Shown: piece by piece, positions 9,824 through 19,728 of the stretch | Numbering within the stretch: the first letter of the stretch is position 1 | Layout: each line of letters opens with the position of its first letter | Assembly: GCA_048941015.1 (NCBI GenBank) | Contig: JBHLNZ010000010.1 | Span: 11,162-75,161 of the forward strand | DNA: 64,000 bases | From: Promethearchaeota archaeon | GTDB taxonomy: Archaea > Asgardarchaeota > Lokiarchaeia > Sigyniarchaeales > SOKP01 | Reading direction: 5' to 3' | The notes under the pieces: model-generated | What the model saw: only the letters and a program-made list of their open reading frames with translations | What the model was told of the DNA's origin: nothing | Database searches by the model: none | Translations under genes and position numbers: made by a program

Positions 9824-11269
9824 TTATTGAATTACACTTTCCTTATTATTATTAGAAGTTAGTTCTATTCCTCTTTGCTTTAATATTTCTGAAATTCTCT
9901 CAACATCTTTATTAATCCAAATTGCTGCAAGTAGCCAAAGGAATCCACCAATAATTCCAATACTCATTGTTAATAACACAGTAATCTGATAATTACCACT
10001 GAAAAAAGCTAATAAAAATCCTGCTAATATATTACCAGAACCACTTCCTATTAATTCTAAAAATTGGTTTGTGGAACTTATAAATCCTTGAGCTTCAGGT
10101 AAGTTGATTGCTTGTAGAATGGGAGGTTGATTAATATTCCATAATCCCATAACACCACGACCAATAAAAATAAAAAGTCCAGCAATCCAAACTATTGGCA
10201 TCGAAAATACAACAAGCAAATTTAAACCTTCTTCATTTGAGATATAAGGAAAGGGTAAAAAGAAAATAACTATAAAGAAAAGAAATGTTGTAATAGCAGA
10301 AAAGAAAATCATATAAACTCGATTCCTTAGATTTTTCTTTGCCAATTTATCGGAAATTTTAGCAAATGCTAAAGAGCCAAATAAACCTCCTGGTAATCCA
10401 AACAAAATCATCATAATGCTCACTGCGAAGGGTGAAAAATTCACCTCCGACTGAATATAGGCAATTACTAAGAAGTCTGGTATGGATATCAAAATTGTTG
10501 TAAACAGACCTTCAATAAAGGCAATAAAGTTAGTAGGTTTTAAAATTGTAGATTTAAAAGACTGATAATTTAGCTTATAATCATATTTTATTTCAGCATT
10601 AACTAAAATACCTTTTAATTCTTCATGAGTAGCGGCTCTTTTCGGTTCAATACCTTTTATAAAGATTAATACTCCAAAAATTATCGCAATTATCCCTAAA
10701 AACCAAAAATATTCCCTCCAAAAATAATTCTGAAATAAAAAAGCGGATAATACCATCCCGAGAATTTGGAATAGTTGAAAGAAAGCCTGTAAAAGTCCAA
10801 AAAATTGTGAACGGTCTTTTTCCTCAGTTCTATCATTTGCATAAGAATTTATTATAGGCCAATTACCCCCAGATGCAAAACTTCGGAGTGAGGTTAAAAT
10901 TACAAACAAAATCCAAGTTGTATTACCTAATCCATCCGGAACAAAACCATTAAAAAAAAGCCCTATTCCGAAAATCGTTTGACTGAACGCCATTAACTTA
11001 ATACGAGAGAATCTATCTGCTAGAATACCAAAAAGAATCCCAGAAAGAGCCATAGCATACATTGAAATTCCAGCCAAAAACCCAATTTCATAAGAATGAA
11101 AACCTTCTCCAGGCCACATGATATTTGATATTATTAAGACATTTATGAAAATTGTACTAATAGTAAATGCAAAAGAATTATAAACTAAGAAACTTGGCCA
11201 TAGTTTCTTTAATAAGAGTTTAAAACCAACCTTCTCTTCTATAGACTTAATTCCATTATCTAAGCTCAT
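9824..11269 (-). CDS. MFS transporter
   Basis: GILADRFSR motif A; about 12 TM segments. Confidence 0.88.
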   Translation of the reverse strand: MSLDNGIKSIEEKVGFKLLLKKLWPSFLVYNSFAFTISTIFINVLIISNIMWPGEGFHSYEIGFLAGISMYAMALSGILFGILADRFSRIKLMAFSQTIFGIGLFFNGFVPDGLGNTTWILFVILTSLRSFASGGNWPIINSYANDRTEEKDRSQFFGLLQAFFQLFQILGMVLSAFLFQNYFWREYFWFLGIIAIIFGVLIFIKGIEPKRAATHEELKGILVNAEIKYDYKLNYQSFKSTILKPTNFIAFIEGLFTTILISIPDFLVIAYIQSEVNFSPFAVSIMMILFGLPGGLFGSLAFAKISDKLAKKNLRNRVYMIFFSAITTFLFFIVIFFLPFPYISNEEGLNLLVVFSMPIVWIAGLFIFIGRGVMGLWNINQPPILQAINLPEAQGFISSTNQFLELIGSGSGNILAGFLLAFFSGNYQITVLLTMSIGIIGGFLWLLAAIWINKDVERISEILKQRGIELTSNNNKESVIQ

Positions 11270-11332
11270 TATAGGTTTTCTAAAAGTAGAATAATTTTAA
11301 TACTTTAGGAGTCCAATTATTAAAAATCTAAT

Positions 11333-11980
11333 TTATCGCCAAAAATGTATAAAATTTGAAAAGATTGGACCAATCCAATAGTAAAAATCAACCCACCATA
11401 TATAAGTTAACCCAAGATATAATAATGCGTACAGAAATCCAAAAAAGAAACCAAATAAGACATCTGTTGGAAAGTGAACTCCTAAAATAACTCTAGAGAG
11501 TGCCATAATAATGTCTAAGCCAATAAATATTAATAATATAGCCCAACTGTTAAAAAAATAAGCAAAAATAAATCCAAAAAATAGTAGAAAAGTGACATGA
11601 CCAGAAGGGAATGATTTTTGCTCTGAATCTGACATAATATATGGTATCCTAATATAGTCATCATGCTTAGTGACTCCATGTTTTTGAAGGGTAATGAAGG
11701 GGCGATTTCTTCTGATAATTTTGTAGCGAATTAAAATATGTATTATTATTGATTGATCAAAACCGCCTGTAAAAAGGACAAGGAGATAATAGTCTTTTGT
11801 AATATATCCATAAATGAACCAAATAATCCAAACTAAACCCCAAAAATATAAACTGCCAAAGAAACTATAAATCTTGGCGAAAGTCTTAGTTTTTCTCGAA
11901 AAATCGCTCTTATATAAATTAAGAAATGTTTTATGATCCCATTTTTCAAGCTTTTCAATATATTCCGACAATACCGACAT
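11333..11980 (-). CDS. PAP2 family membrane phosphatase
   Basis: K..IRRNRP, SFPSGH, SRVILGVHFPTD. Confidence 0.93.
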   Translation of the reverse strand: MSVLSEYIEKLEKWDHKTFLNLYKSDFSRKTKTFAKIYSFFGSLYFWGLVWIIWFIYGYITKDYYLLVLFTGGFDQSIIIHILIRYKIIRRNRPFITLQKHGVTKHDDYIRIPYIMSDSEQKSFPSGHVTFLLFFGFIFAYFFNSWAILLIFIGLDIIMALSRVILGVHFPTDVLFGFFFGFLYALLYLGLTYIWWVDFYYWIGPIFSNFIHFWR

Positions 11981-12312
11981 AAATTCAAATAAGAGCAGGA
12001 TTTGGATAAATTGTATATGTTTGCATTTATAAACGTTTTCACACTTTTCCTACTACAATTTTTAAAAATCTTTAAGAATATAATTAGTATTATTTTGAAA
12101 ATGGAACCCAATTCATAAATTTCATAAATAATTTTAATCAATAAGACTAAATCCTGTTTAGCTTTTTAATATAGGTTTAATAGCGATGAAATTAAACAAC
12201 ATTTAGTAAATTTTTTTGTTTGATCTACTTATCAATTGTTGAACCTACATAGATTTAAATATGATTCACAATATAAAAATCACAAGCAAAAATAATTTTT
12301 TTTCAAAAAAAG

Positions 12313-12822
12313 GTGTATAAAGTGTATAATGGATTCTCAGAAGAAAGTCTGAAACGAATTGCGAAACAAAAAGTTAATTTTAGGTTATCTGTGAAAATTC
12401 ACGTTGGTGTTTACGTAATTGTCTCATTATTACTTCTTACAATCAATTTACTTTTTACTCCAACATTTTTATGGATATTATATCCATTTTTCGGTTGGCT
12501 GATTGGCGTAGCAATGCATTGCGTTTCCTATATAGTCTACGCGAGAGGTGTTTTTCCTATGGCTAAGAGAGGTGTTATTTTCCATTTAACGGCATATATT
12601 TTTACGATATCTTTCTTATTTATCATAAATTACTTTACCCTTCCGACATTCTACTGGGTACTATTTCCAGGAATTTTTTGGGGAGCTGCTTTGATTCTTC
12701 ATATTATTGCTTACTTTGTATACTATCGGGGTAAGGTTGATGAGGAAGGAGAAGGTAAATCGCGGAGAGAGAGAGCAATAGAAAAAGAATTAGAGAAAAT
12801 GAAAAAAAAAATGGAGAAATAA
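12313..12822 (+). CDS. Tandem 2TM-domain membrane protein
   Basis: Two repeats of H..Y......L..IN.....W..[YF]P..W...L..H, then a charged tail. Confidence 0.8.
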   Translation: MYKVYNGFSEESLKRIAKQKVNFRLSVKIHVGVYVIVSLLLLTINLLFTPTFLWILYPFFGWLIGVAMHCVSYIVYARGVFPMAKRGVIFHLTAYIFTISFLFIINYFTLPTFYWVLFPGIFWGAALILHIIAYFVYYRGKVDEEGEGKSRRERAIEKELEKMKKKMEK

Positions 12823-12846
12823 AAAATTATTCGGTGATACTCATAG

Positions 12847-13473
12847 ATGTGGCTAGGCAAATTTTTAGATCTAGAAGAAGATATGAATGAAATAAGAAAA
12901 AATATTGAAAAGGAGATCTTCAAAAATATTAAAAAAAGTAAGTTAACACCATTAGAGTTTACTATCATTGAGACTATTTTTAATTATCAACAAATTTCAG
13001 GTTATGATTTGATTCGGGTTCTTAATGAACATTTTGCGGGAACCTGGGAAGCACAATCTGGTACAATTTATCCAATTTTGTCCAAATTAAAAAGAGATGG
13101 ATTTTTAAAAATAAAGCAAGTTAAAAGTCCTATTGGTCCAATAAAGAAAGTTTATAACCTCACCGAAGCAGGAGAAGAGTTGTTAAAAGTTAAAGTAAAT
13201 AAAAACTTTCATGACCAACTAAAATTCGTCGAAAACTTTTTAACTGAATTATCTTCTGTCTATATTCATTCTCTTCCTCATGAAGAAAAAGAAATTAATC
13301 TCAAAGATGTTCAAGATTTAGTAAAGCAGACATTAGAAAATGTAATTGCTACATTGCCATCAACTGTAGAATTTAAGGTAATCTGTCCTCAATGTGGAAC
13401 TGAATTAGAGCGTAAAGATGCTCAATTTTGCCAAAACTGTGGAACAGCCTTGTATTCTTCTAATGAACCTTAA
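12847..13473 (+). CDS. PadR family transcriptional regulator with C-terminal zinc ribbon
   Basis: SGYDL, GTIYPILSKL, KKVYNLTEAG; C-terminal CPQC...CQNC. Confidence 0.9.
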   Translation: MWLGKFLDLEEDMNEIRKNIEKEIFKNIKKSKLTPLEFTIIETIFNYQQISGYDLIRVLNEHFAGTWEAQSGTIYPILSKLKRDGFLKIKQVKSPIGPIKKVYNLTEAGEELLKVKVNKNFHDQLKFVENFLTELSSVYIHSLPHEEKEINLKDVQDLVKQTLENVIATLPSTVEFKVICPQCGTELERKDAQFCQNCGTALYSSNEP

Positions 13474-13524
13474 ATTTGAAATATAAATTAAAAAAGTAAA
13501 AATAAAAATTTTATTTTTTTATTT

Positions 13525-14796
13525 TCATTCAATATCTATTCCATATTTTTTAAAAATCTTGGTTAATTCTTCACCAGCTAAAAGCTTCATAATATCTCCC
13601 ATTGGAGCTAATACTTCATCTTTAGAAGTCTGTCTATTTTGACTTATCCTCCCCTCCTTCACTTCAAAAGCAGTTTGACTCCAAGAACTTTCATCATTAA
13701 ACGTAAACCAAATATCCTTATATGCTCCTTCTTGCCCTCCGTCTCTCGCTAACGGCTTTTCCTCAATAGAAACCTCAGGATCTTGAAGATAACACCAATC
13801 TAAAATTACCCATTCTAATTTTCGCTCAGAATCGGGTCTATCAGCAAGATAAATACAATAGGCATGGCCTCCAAGTTCAGAGTCAGAGGGTGCAAAAATA
13901 GGGTCAGCCATAACTTGAGCTGCGCATACTTTAACCCGCCAAGAGGGAATTCCTGCATTTATGAGCAAACTTGCGATGAGTATTGCTCCATCTTCACAGT
14001 CTCCAATTTCTGATTGAATTGCTTCGAATGGAAATTGCCAAAATTCAGGACAATCTTCTGTTTCATCATCATATTTATACTTGAGGAAGTTGCAGACGAA
14101 ATTTTGTATCATGTGTGCAGTTTCATTGGGTGTATCCCTTCTTAGGCCAACTTGAGTGATAACATGCCATAGGATAGCATCATCCTTTTTTAAAAAAGTC
14201 TTAACATCAGCATCGATTTGCTTTTTGTATGATTCACCTCTCAATGCTCTGCCCGTATAAATTATTGGTGCTTTTTCCCATTTATTTTCCCAGTATTCTG
14301 GGCCATATTCACCATAATCTTTTTCAAAAACTTCAATGGGTTTATAGTCTGGTATTTTTGGTATCTCTGGAGTTGGAACAGGTTCTTCTTCTGGTGTTGT
14401 CTTTTTTGGTACTCCTGTTAGTTCTTTTGCTTTATTGATCCAGCTTTCAACATTTTTTATAGCGGGAATTTTAGATAATACATTTGGTCGTTCGCTTTTA
14501 AGTTGCTTTAATCTTTCTAAAATACTTTTTGGATTCCTCCGAGCAAATTCTTTAACTGAATCGACGCCGATTAAGTTTAGAGCGTTTGCTATTTTCGGAT
14601 CAACTCCTTGAATTCTCATTAAATCAGCATGCTCTTGCCAAGTATCAAGTGTTCTAACAGAAACCCCTATACTTCGCGCTAACTTTTGAATCTGATATGC
14701 TGTTAATGGCAGTAAATCTTCAACTTCTCTAATTCCTGCTTTCGATAGAAGTTTCGCATGTTTTTCTTCCAAACCAATAATATCAGTTAACTTCAA
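13525..14796 (-). CDS. DUF4332 (HhH-like) domain fused to a transglutaminase-like Cys protease domain
   Basis: N-terminal LTDIIGL..L.KAGI..VEDL / ADLMRIQGV...GVDSVKEFARRNP; Pro-rich linker; GDCEDGAIL, GHAY, VILD triad. Confidence 0.75.
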   Translation of the reverse strand: MKLTDIIGLEEKHAKLLSKAGIREVEDLLPLTAYQIQKLARSIGVSVRTLDTWQEHADLMRIQGVDPKIANALNLIGVDSVKEFARRNPKSILERLKQLKSERPNVLSKIPAIKNVESWINKAKELTGVPKKTTPEEEPVPTPEIPKIPDYKPIEVFEKDYGEYGPEYWENKWEKAPIIYTGRALRGESYKKQIDADVKTFLKKDDAILWHVITQVGLRRDTPNETAHMIQNFVCNFLKYKYDDETEDCPEFWQFPFEAIQSEIGDCEDGAILIASLLINAGIPSWRVKVCAAQVMADPIFAPSDSELGGHAYCIYLADRPDSERKLEWVILDWCYLQDPEVSIEEKPLARDGGQEGAYKDIWFTFNDESSWSQTAFEVKEGRISQNRQTSKDEVLAPMGDIMKLLAGEELTKIFKKYGIDIE

Positions 14797-14920
14797 ATTA
14801 TTTACTCCTTAAGATATTTCATCAATTAAAATGAATTAGATTAGTAATAATATTTGCATCCTATTTAATAACTTTTTTCTAAAAATAGGAGAATAAAGGA
14901 ATTGCTAAGTTGTTTTTTAA

Positions 14921-15376
14921 TTATTTTTGCGCTCTCTTCTTTTTTCTTACTAAGATAATATAATACACTAATACACCTAAAAATGCCCAAAAAAAGAATG
15001 AAATTATCCAACCTATGATCAAATCGAGGCTAAGAACTCCAAATACAAAAGAAAAGCAAGCAGCATACTCCAAGACAATATATGGAATATGTTGGCTCAA
15101 TTTCGATCGAAAATCAATTTTGAATACTCTATCAAGTAAGAATTCTACCATTAAATAACTTAAAATCAAGACAAGATAAATAAAAAATTTCAAATCTTTT
15201 CCAACTATCAAGAAGTTTATTAAAATGACAGATATTGGTACCATGAGGAAAGCTAGTATTATTCCAAAGATTAATACAGTTCTCGTCTTATCATTAGCCA
15301 TCAAAATTAATGCACTAATCATTGATACGAAAAAAATGAAACCTGAAATAATAAACATCCATTCAAACAAATCCAT
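14921..15376 (-). CDS. Hypothetical membrane protein
   Basis: 151 aa with about 5 hydrophobic helices. Confidence 0.7.
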   Translation of the reverse strand: MDLFEWMFIISGFIFFVSMISALILMANDKTRTVLIFGIILAFLMVPISVILINFLIVGKDLKFFIYLVLILSYLMVEFLLDRVFKIDFRSKLSQHIPYIVLEYAACFSFVFGVLSLDLIIGWIISFFFWAFLGVLVYYIILVRKKKRAQK

Positions 15377-15492
15377 ATTAGACTCGCCACAAGTCTAGTT
15401 TAAACTAGTTAAATTTAGCAATATTACATCCTTTTTAAATATTTAATCAAAAAAAGCGATATAAGTGTTATATGCGTTCAAATTCCCTTAAA

Positions 15493-16314
15493 TTAAGTAA
15501 CATCAACATGTGATTCAATACGGGCAATTAATTCGTTAATTCTGCTATAATCGTCTATAGTTATTGTTATTGCATCATTAGGGCATGTTCTTTCGCATCG
15601 TCCGCATCCTACACACTCTGTTTGATCGATAAATGCTTTTTGATCAACCATTTTCATTGCATTATAAATACAAACTTTAAAACATTCCCCACAACCAGTA
15701 CATATTCCTTTGTCTACTTCTAATTCAACACCTTCCATCCTCTGTAAAAATTTTAGTGCAGATGACCCGTATTTCATAGCACTCAAAATGCAACAACATG
15801 AACAACAATGGCAGAGCGACATAAACCGGCCTTCGTCAGGTAAAGCTTCATATTTTACTGAGTCAGGGCGAAGTCGACCTAAATGAGGAACTAATCCATT
15901 TTCATAAGCTAGTCGTTCTCGTTCTAATGCTTCTTCTACAGTCGCAACATGAGCATTAGGCCATCTTGAAAGGTTTATTCTTTTTGTAGCTTCACCTAAC
16001 CATGTACATCCCAGATGCACATCATGATTTTGGCAATTATTGGCTAAACGACATCCACAATCCATCAATACGATATGACTTGCTCTTTTAATAAAATGCT
16101 CTGTTACAATTAAAGGTAATACTTTATCTTCATAGCTTCCTAAAGATACATTTATAGGGATTGGAGAGCCATTCGAATTTTTCATGTCAAAGAATCTTTT
16201 CGCAAAGAATTTTATAATGGGAACTTTTGTTAGCTTTATAAACTTTTTATAACGATTTGCACGAGGAGTATTTATTTCAATAGGTTTTAAATCAATAGCT
16301 TGAGATTTTTTCAT
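15493..16314 (-). CDS. 4Fe-4S dicluster protein with Cys-rich N-terminal domain
   Basis: CGCR..C...C, CHCCSCCC and two CxxCxxCxxxC motifs; the ATG at 16314 (MKKSQ) is a more plausible start than 16371. Confidence 0.85.
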   Translation of the reverse strand: MKKSQAIDLKPIEINTPRANRYKKFIKLTKVPIIKFFAKRFFDMKNSNGSPIPINVSLGSYEDKVLPLIVTEHFIKRASHIVLMDCGCRLANNCQNHDVHLGCTWLGEATKRINLSRWPNAHVATVEEALERERLAYENGLVPHLGRLRPDSVKYEALPDEGRFMSLCHCCSCCCILSAMKYGSSALKFLQRMEGVELEVDKGICTGCGECFKVCIYNAMKMVDQKAFIDQTECVGCGRCERTCPNDAITITIDDYSRINELIARIESHVDVT

Positions 16315-16421
16315 ATTAAATTTCCTTATTTTACATATTCTACCACTTAAATTATATTTATGCGATAACACTATTTAAATTTAAATATAGAAAAGAGAAG
16401 TTATAAAAAGAAATTTAATCA

Positions 16422-17513
16422 TTAAATAGTTAATTTTTTTTCTAGAGTATGACGGTCTTCTTTAAGAATTATTAGTCTATTATCATCAAGTCTAATATTC
16501 AATCCCCTTTTATTAATAAAATCTATTATTGCGTATTTAATTTCAGAAAAAGTAAACTCTAATTCAGGTTCTTTATATTTAATATAACCAACGACATCTT
16601 TTAGCAACACTGAGGTAGCTATCATAGAAAAGGTGTTTAGTGCAATATCAATTATATTGTTTAAATTTGATTTCATATCAACCTTTCTTTTAGCTTCAAG
16701 AATTTTTTCTTTAAGTTTTCTTATATTTTTAAATTTGTCGTTAATTCCTAAACATCTATTACAAGAATCTAAAGCAAATTTATACTCTCTTGCTATGTAA
16801 TAGGCTTCTGCTAAACTCTTCCAAAGCGTGCAATCTTTAATTTGGTTGTCGACTAAATAATTATAAATCTTGTTAAGATTACCATATGGTATGTCATATT
16901 TCCAATCGATTTTTAAAGATTCTGCAAAAAGTTTAGTTGCCTTTTCATATTCATTCTTATTGAAGTAAGTCCATCCTAAATTATTATATGCAATTTTACT
17001 AGGCTCGAATTTCAATGCTTTTTCATATGCATCTATTGCTTTTTCGTATTCTCCAATATCATTAAATGCTAAGCCGATATCAATCCAGTTTCCTGGATTT
17101 ACGGGATCTAATTCTAAAGCTTTTTCTAGCACTTCTATAATTTTATGGTATTCTTTTTTATCATTTAATATTTTGATTAAATTAATAAGAGCTAATTCAT
17201 AAACCGGATCGATTTCTAAAGCTTTTGTGTACCTTTTGGCAGCTTCATCTAATTCTCCTTTGCATTCTAATGCATAACCAATATTATTTAATGCTAATTT
17301 TGATTTAGGATCAATTTCTAATACTTTTTCATACCATTTTATAGCTTTGTCATATTCTTCTTTGTAGCGATAAGATAAACCAATTCTTATCATGGCATCA
17401 GTATTATCTGGTTTAATGCTTAATGCTCGTTTAAATGAATCTATAGCTTGATCGTATTGACCTCTTTCGTGGAACAACTTCCCTTTCTCAATCCAATCTT
17501 TTGCTTTACTCAT
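16422..17513 (-). CDS. TPR repeat protein with C-terminal winged-helix-like domain
   Basis: About 7 34-aa TPR units (A...Y.KALEIDP); non-TPR C-terminal ~70 aa. Confidence 0.88.
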   Translation of the reverse strand: MSKAKDWIEKGKLFHERGQYDQAIDSFKRALSIKPDNTDAMIRIGLSYRYKEEYDKAIKWYEKVLEIDPKSKLALNNIGYALECKGELDEAAKRYTKALEIDPVYELALINLIKILNDKKEYHKIIEVLEKALELDPVNPGNWIDIGLAFNDIGEYEKAIDAYEKALKFEPSKIAYNNLGWTYFNKNEYEKATKLFAESLKIDWKYDIPYGNLNKIYNYLVDNQIKDCTLWKSLAEAYYIAREYKFALDSCNRCLGINDKFKNIRKLKEKILEAKRKVDMKSNLNNIIDIALNTFSMIATSVLLKDVVGYIKYKEPELEFTFSEIKYAIIDFINKRGLNIRLDDNRLIILKEDRHTLEKKLTI

Positions 17514-17667
17514 AAATTTTCTTCACTTTATTATATTAATATCCACAATATAAAATTAGGGTTTTATAATTAATATTTCACTATTATAGATTCTAATCTT
17601 ATTAGCATCACGGATCTACTGGACAAAAATATATAAAAGATTTTAGGATTTAAAAAAAAATAAAGAG

Positions 17668-17816
17668 TGGCGGGGGGGAGAGTTCCAATGTTAGGGGCAA
17701 TCCCTATCAATTTTGAACTCCCGAAGGCCTTTGCCACTGGATCTTAAGTCCAGCACCTATATTCGGTCTTGACCCATTTTAAGACACGACCATTGACCAG
17801 ACTCGGTAACCCCGCC
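17668..17816 (-). tRNA. tRNA-Leu (anticodon UAA) with two non-canonical introns
   Basis: Acceptor GGCGGGG/CCCCGCC-A; anticodon arm CTGGA-CTTAAGA-TCCAG; long variable arm; T-stem GGGAG/CTCCC. Removing 34 nt (about 17759-17792) and 30 nt (17682-17711) gives a normal 85-nt Leu tRNA; CCA not encoded. Confidence 0.92.
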
Positions 17817-18128
17817 ATAAATTAGGCGTGATATTCAAATTCGTAATTCAACCTTAAGGAACGATTTTTTTAATCTCTTAGGTTTTATTAGTAATATTGA
17901 AAAATTTTAGTTTTAATTTAAATTTTTACCTTGACTTTTGGACTTCTATGATTAATAATTGTATCAATGGAACAATAATTTGATTTAAAGCTTAATTATA
18001 TTATTGTAAAGTCAATAGTTAAATAGAAAAGATATTATAAAAAAAATAAATATAATTATAATAAAAAGATATTAAAATTATAGCTAAAGAAAAAATAACC
18101 ATATAAAATAATTTTAGAGGTTGTAAAC

Positions 18129-18506
18129 TTGCCTGTTGGAATACTAGTAATTCGCTGGGATAACGAGATCGGACCAATTAATGAAGGATTTTATCCAGAA
18201 ACTTTGAAAATTACAAATAATCTACTCACACAAGTGTATTCTTCACATAGATACCAGAGTCTAAAGCCAGGTTTCGCCTCAATTTCATTAAAAAACAATA
18301 AAGTAGTTTCTTTTTTTTCAGGAGTAGGATCAGACTACATTAGTGTTGAGAATTATGTTGTCGCTCTTTTACTTCGTCGAGATGAAAAACCAAATAAATA
18401 TCGTGAAATATTAAAAGTAATAGCTGCAGAAATTCTAGATAAAATTCAAGATGGTAAGTTTAAAAAGGTTTTGCCTGACTTATATCGGGATTTAGCAAAA
18501 ATATAA
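18129..18506 (+). CDS. Small uDENN/longin-like domain protein
   Basis: GILVIRWDNEIGP...YP N-terminal motif, beta-beta-alpha-beta-beta-beta-alpha-alpha pattern, YVVALLL strand; TTG start after GAGGT SD. Confidence 0.6.
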   Translation: MPVGILVIRWDNEIGPINEGFYPETLKITNNLLTQVYSSHRYQSLKPGFASISLKNNKVVSFFSGVGSDYISVENYVVALLLRRDEKPNKYREILKVIAAEILDKIQDGKFKKVLPDLYRDLAKI

Positions 18507-18528
18507 TTTGATATAATAAATGAAAAAA

Positions 18529-19566
18529 TTAAGAGACCTCTACTTTTTTTACTGTAATCTTACCTTGTTCATCAATATCTAAAAGATCAGCAGCCTGTAA
18601 TTTTTGAACAATCTTTTTTACTAATACAATAGGCGAACCAAGAGCTTTTCTTAGATCTTCTAATGTCATAGATCCTACTTTCTCAAGAATGAGAAAAGCC
18701 TTAAATTGAGGTTCCTGTTCCATTAGGGATGTGAGCTTGTTGTAATACGTAATTTTTCTTATATTTTCTTCTTGAAATTTTTGATATTCCTCCATTCTCT
18801 CCTGCAATTTTCTTAATTCTTCTTCGGCAATCCTTTTTTGATCACGATATTTTTCAACTTTGTTTACTAATTCGTCATATCTATCCCGAATTTCTTGGAA
18901 GCGTGATTTTAAATCTTTTGCTTCAGAAGTAGCTTCAGTGGAAGACAATTTAGTGTCCATTAAAAAGGAATCTAATTCTGCTATTTTAGCAGTCAAGTCT
19001 TTTTTTTCTTCAAAGTGCTCTTTTCGAATTTTTTCTATCTCAATTTTCCATTTTTGGTCCATTTCAGATAACATTTTTACTTGTTCCTCTTGTAATTTAT
19101 CTGTGAACGTTTGAATTTCTCGAACTTTATTTTCTAAATTCTTAATAGATTCATTTTTTAAGACTATACTTGAATTCTTCTCAGCTAATTCTGCTTTTAA
19201 GTTTCCTATTGCTTCATATGCATCTTCAACTTTTCGTTGAGTAGGAAAAATTTGTCTTTTAACTAAATCTAATTCTTTTCTAGCTTCAGCAGTATCCCCT
19301 TTAGCAAATTCTAATGCCTGTTCTTTTTCATTAATTATAGCTCTTTGAGAACCTACTAATTCTTTCAATTCTAAAACATCCTCGGGAATATCATACATTC
19401 TAGCAATTTTAATTTTTTGTTCTTCAATAATAATTTCTTGCTCTCTAATATCTCCTTTCTGTTTTTCAATCGTTTCTCTTAATCTGTCAATTTTATTTTG
19501 AAGCTCAGCTTTTTCTTTCTCATGAGATTCAATCCCTTCAATCATATCTTTAATATTTTTAGACAT
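18529..19566 (-). CDS. Long coiled-coil protein with C-terminal winged helix-turn-helix
   Basis: About 280 aa of E/K-rich heptads, then FKAFLILEKVGSMTLEDLRKALG....VKKIVQKLQAADLL. Confidence 0.75.
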   Translation of the reverse strand: MSKNIKDMIEGIESHEKEKAELQNKIDRLRETIEKQKGDIREQEIIIEEQKIKIARMYDIPEDVLELKELVGSQRAIINEKEQALEFAKGDTAEARKELDLVKRQIFPTQRKVEDAYEAIGNLKAELAEKNSSIVLKNESIKNLENKVREIQTFTDKLQEEQVKMLSEMDQKWKIEIEKIRKEHFEEKKDLTAKIAELDSFLMDTKLSSTEATSEAKDLKSRFQEIRDRYDELVNKVEKYRDQKRIAEEELRKLQERMEEYQKFQEENIRKITYYNKLTSLMEQEPQFKAFLILEKVGSMTLEDLRKALGSPIVLVKKIVQKLQAADLLDIDEQGKITVKKVEVS

Positions 19567-19728
19567 CTTAACTATTTCCTCAATAGTATTTAAATGAAAA
19601 ATCGAGTTTTATCTAATAATTAAAAAATTTATTACTTATTAAGCTATAATATTTAATAGAGAGAAAATAGATTTAATTTAAATATTTATCGAATTGATAA
19701 ACAATAATCATCGATGAGGTAAAGAAAA

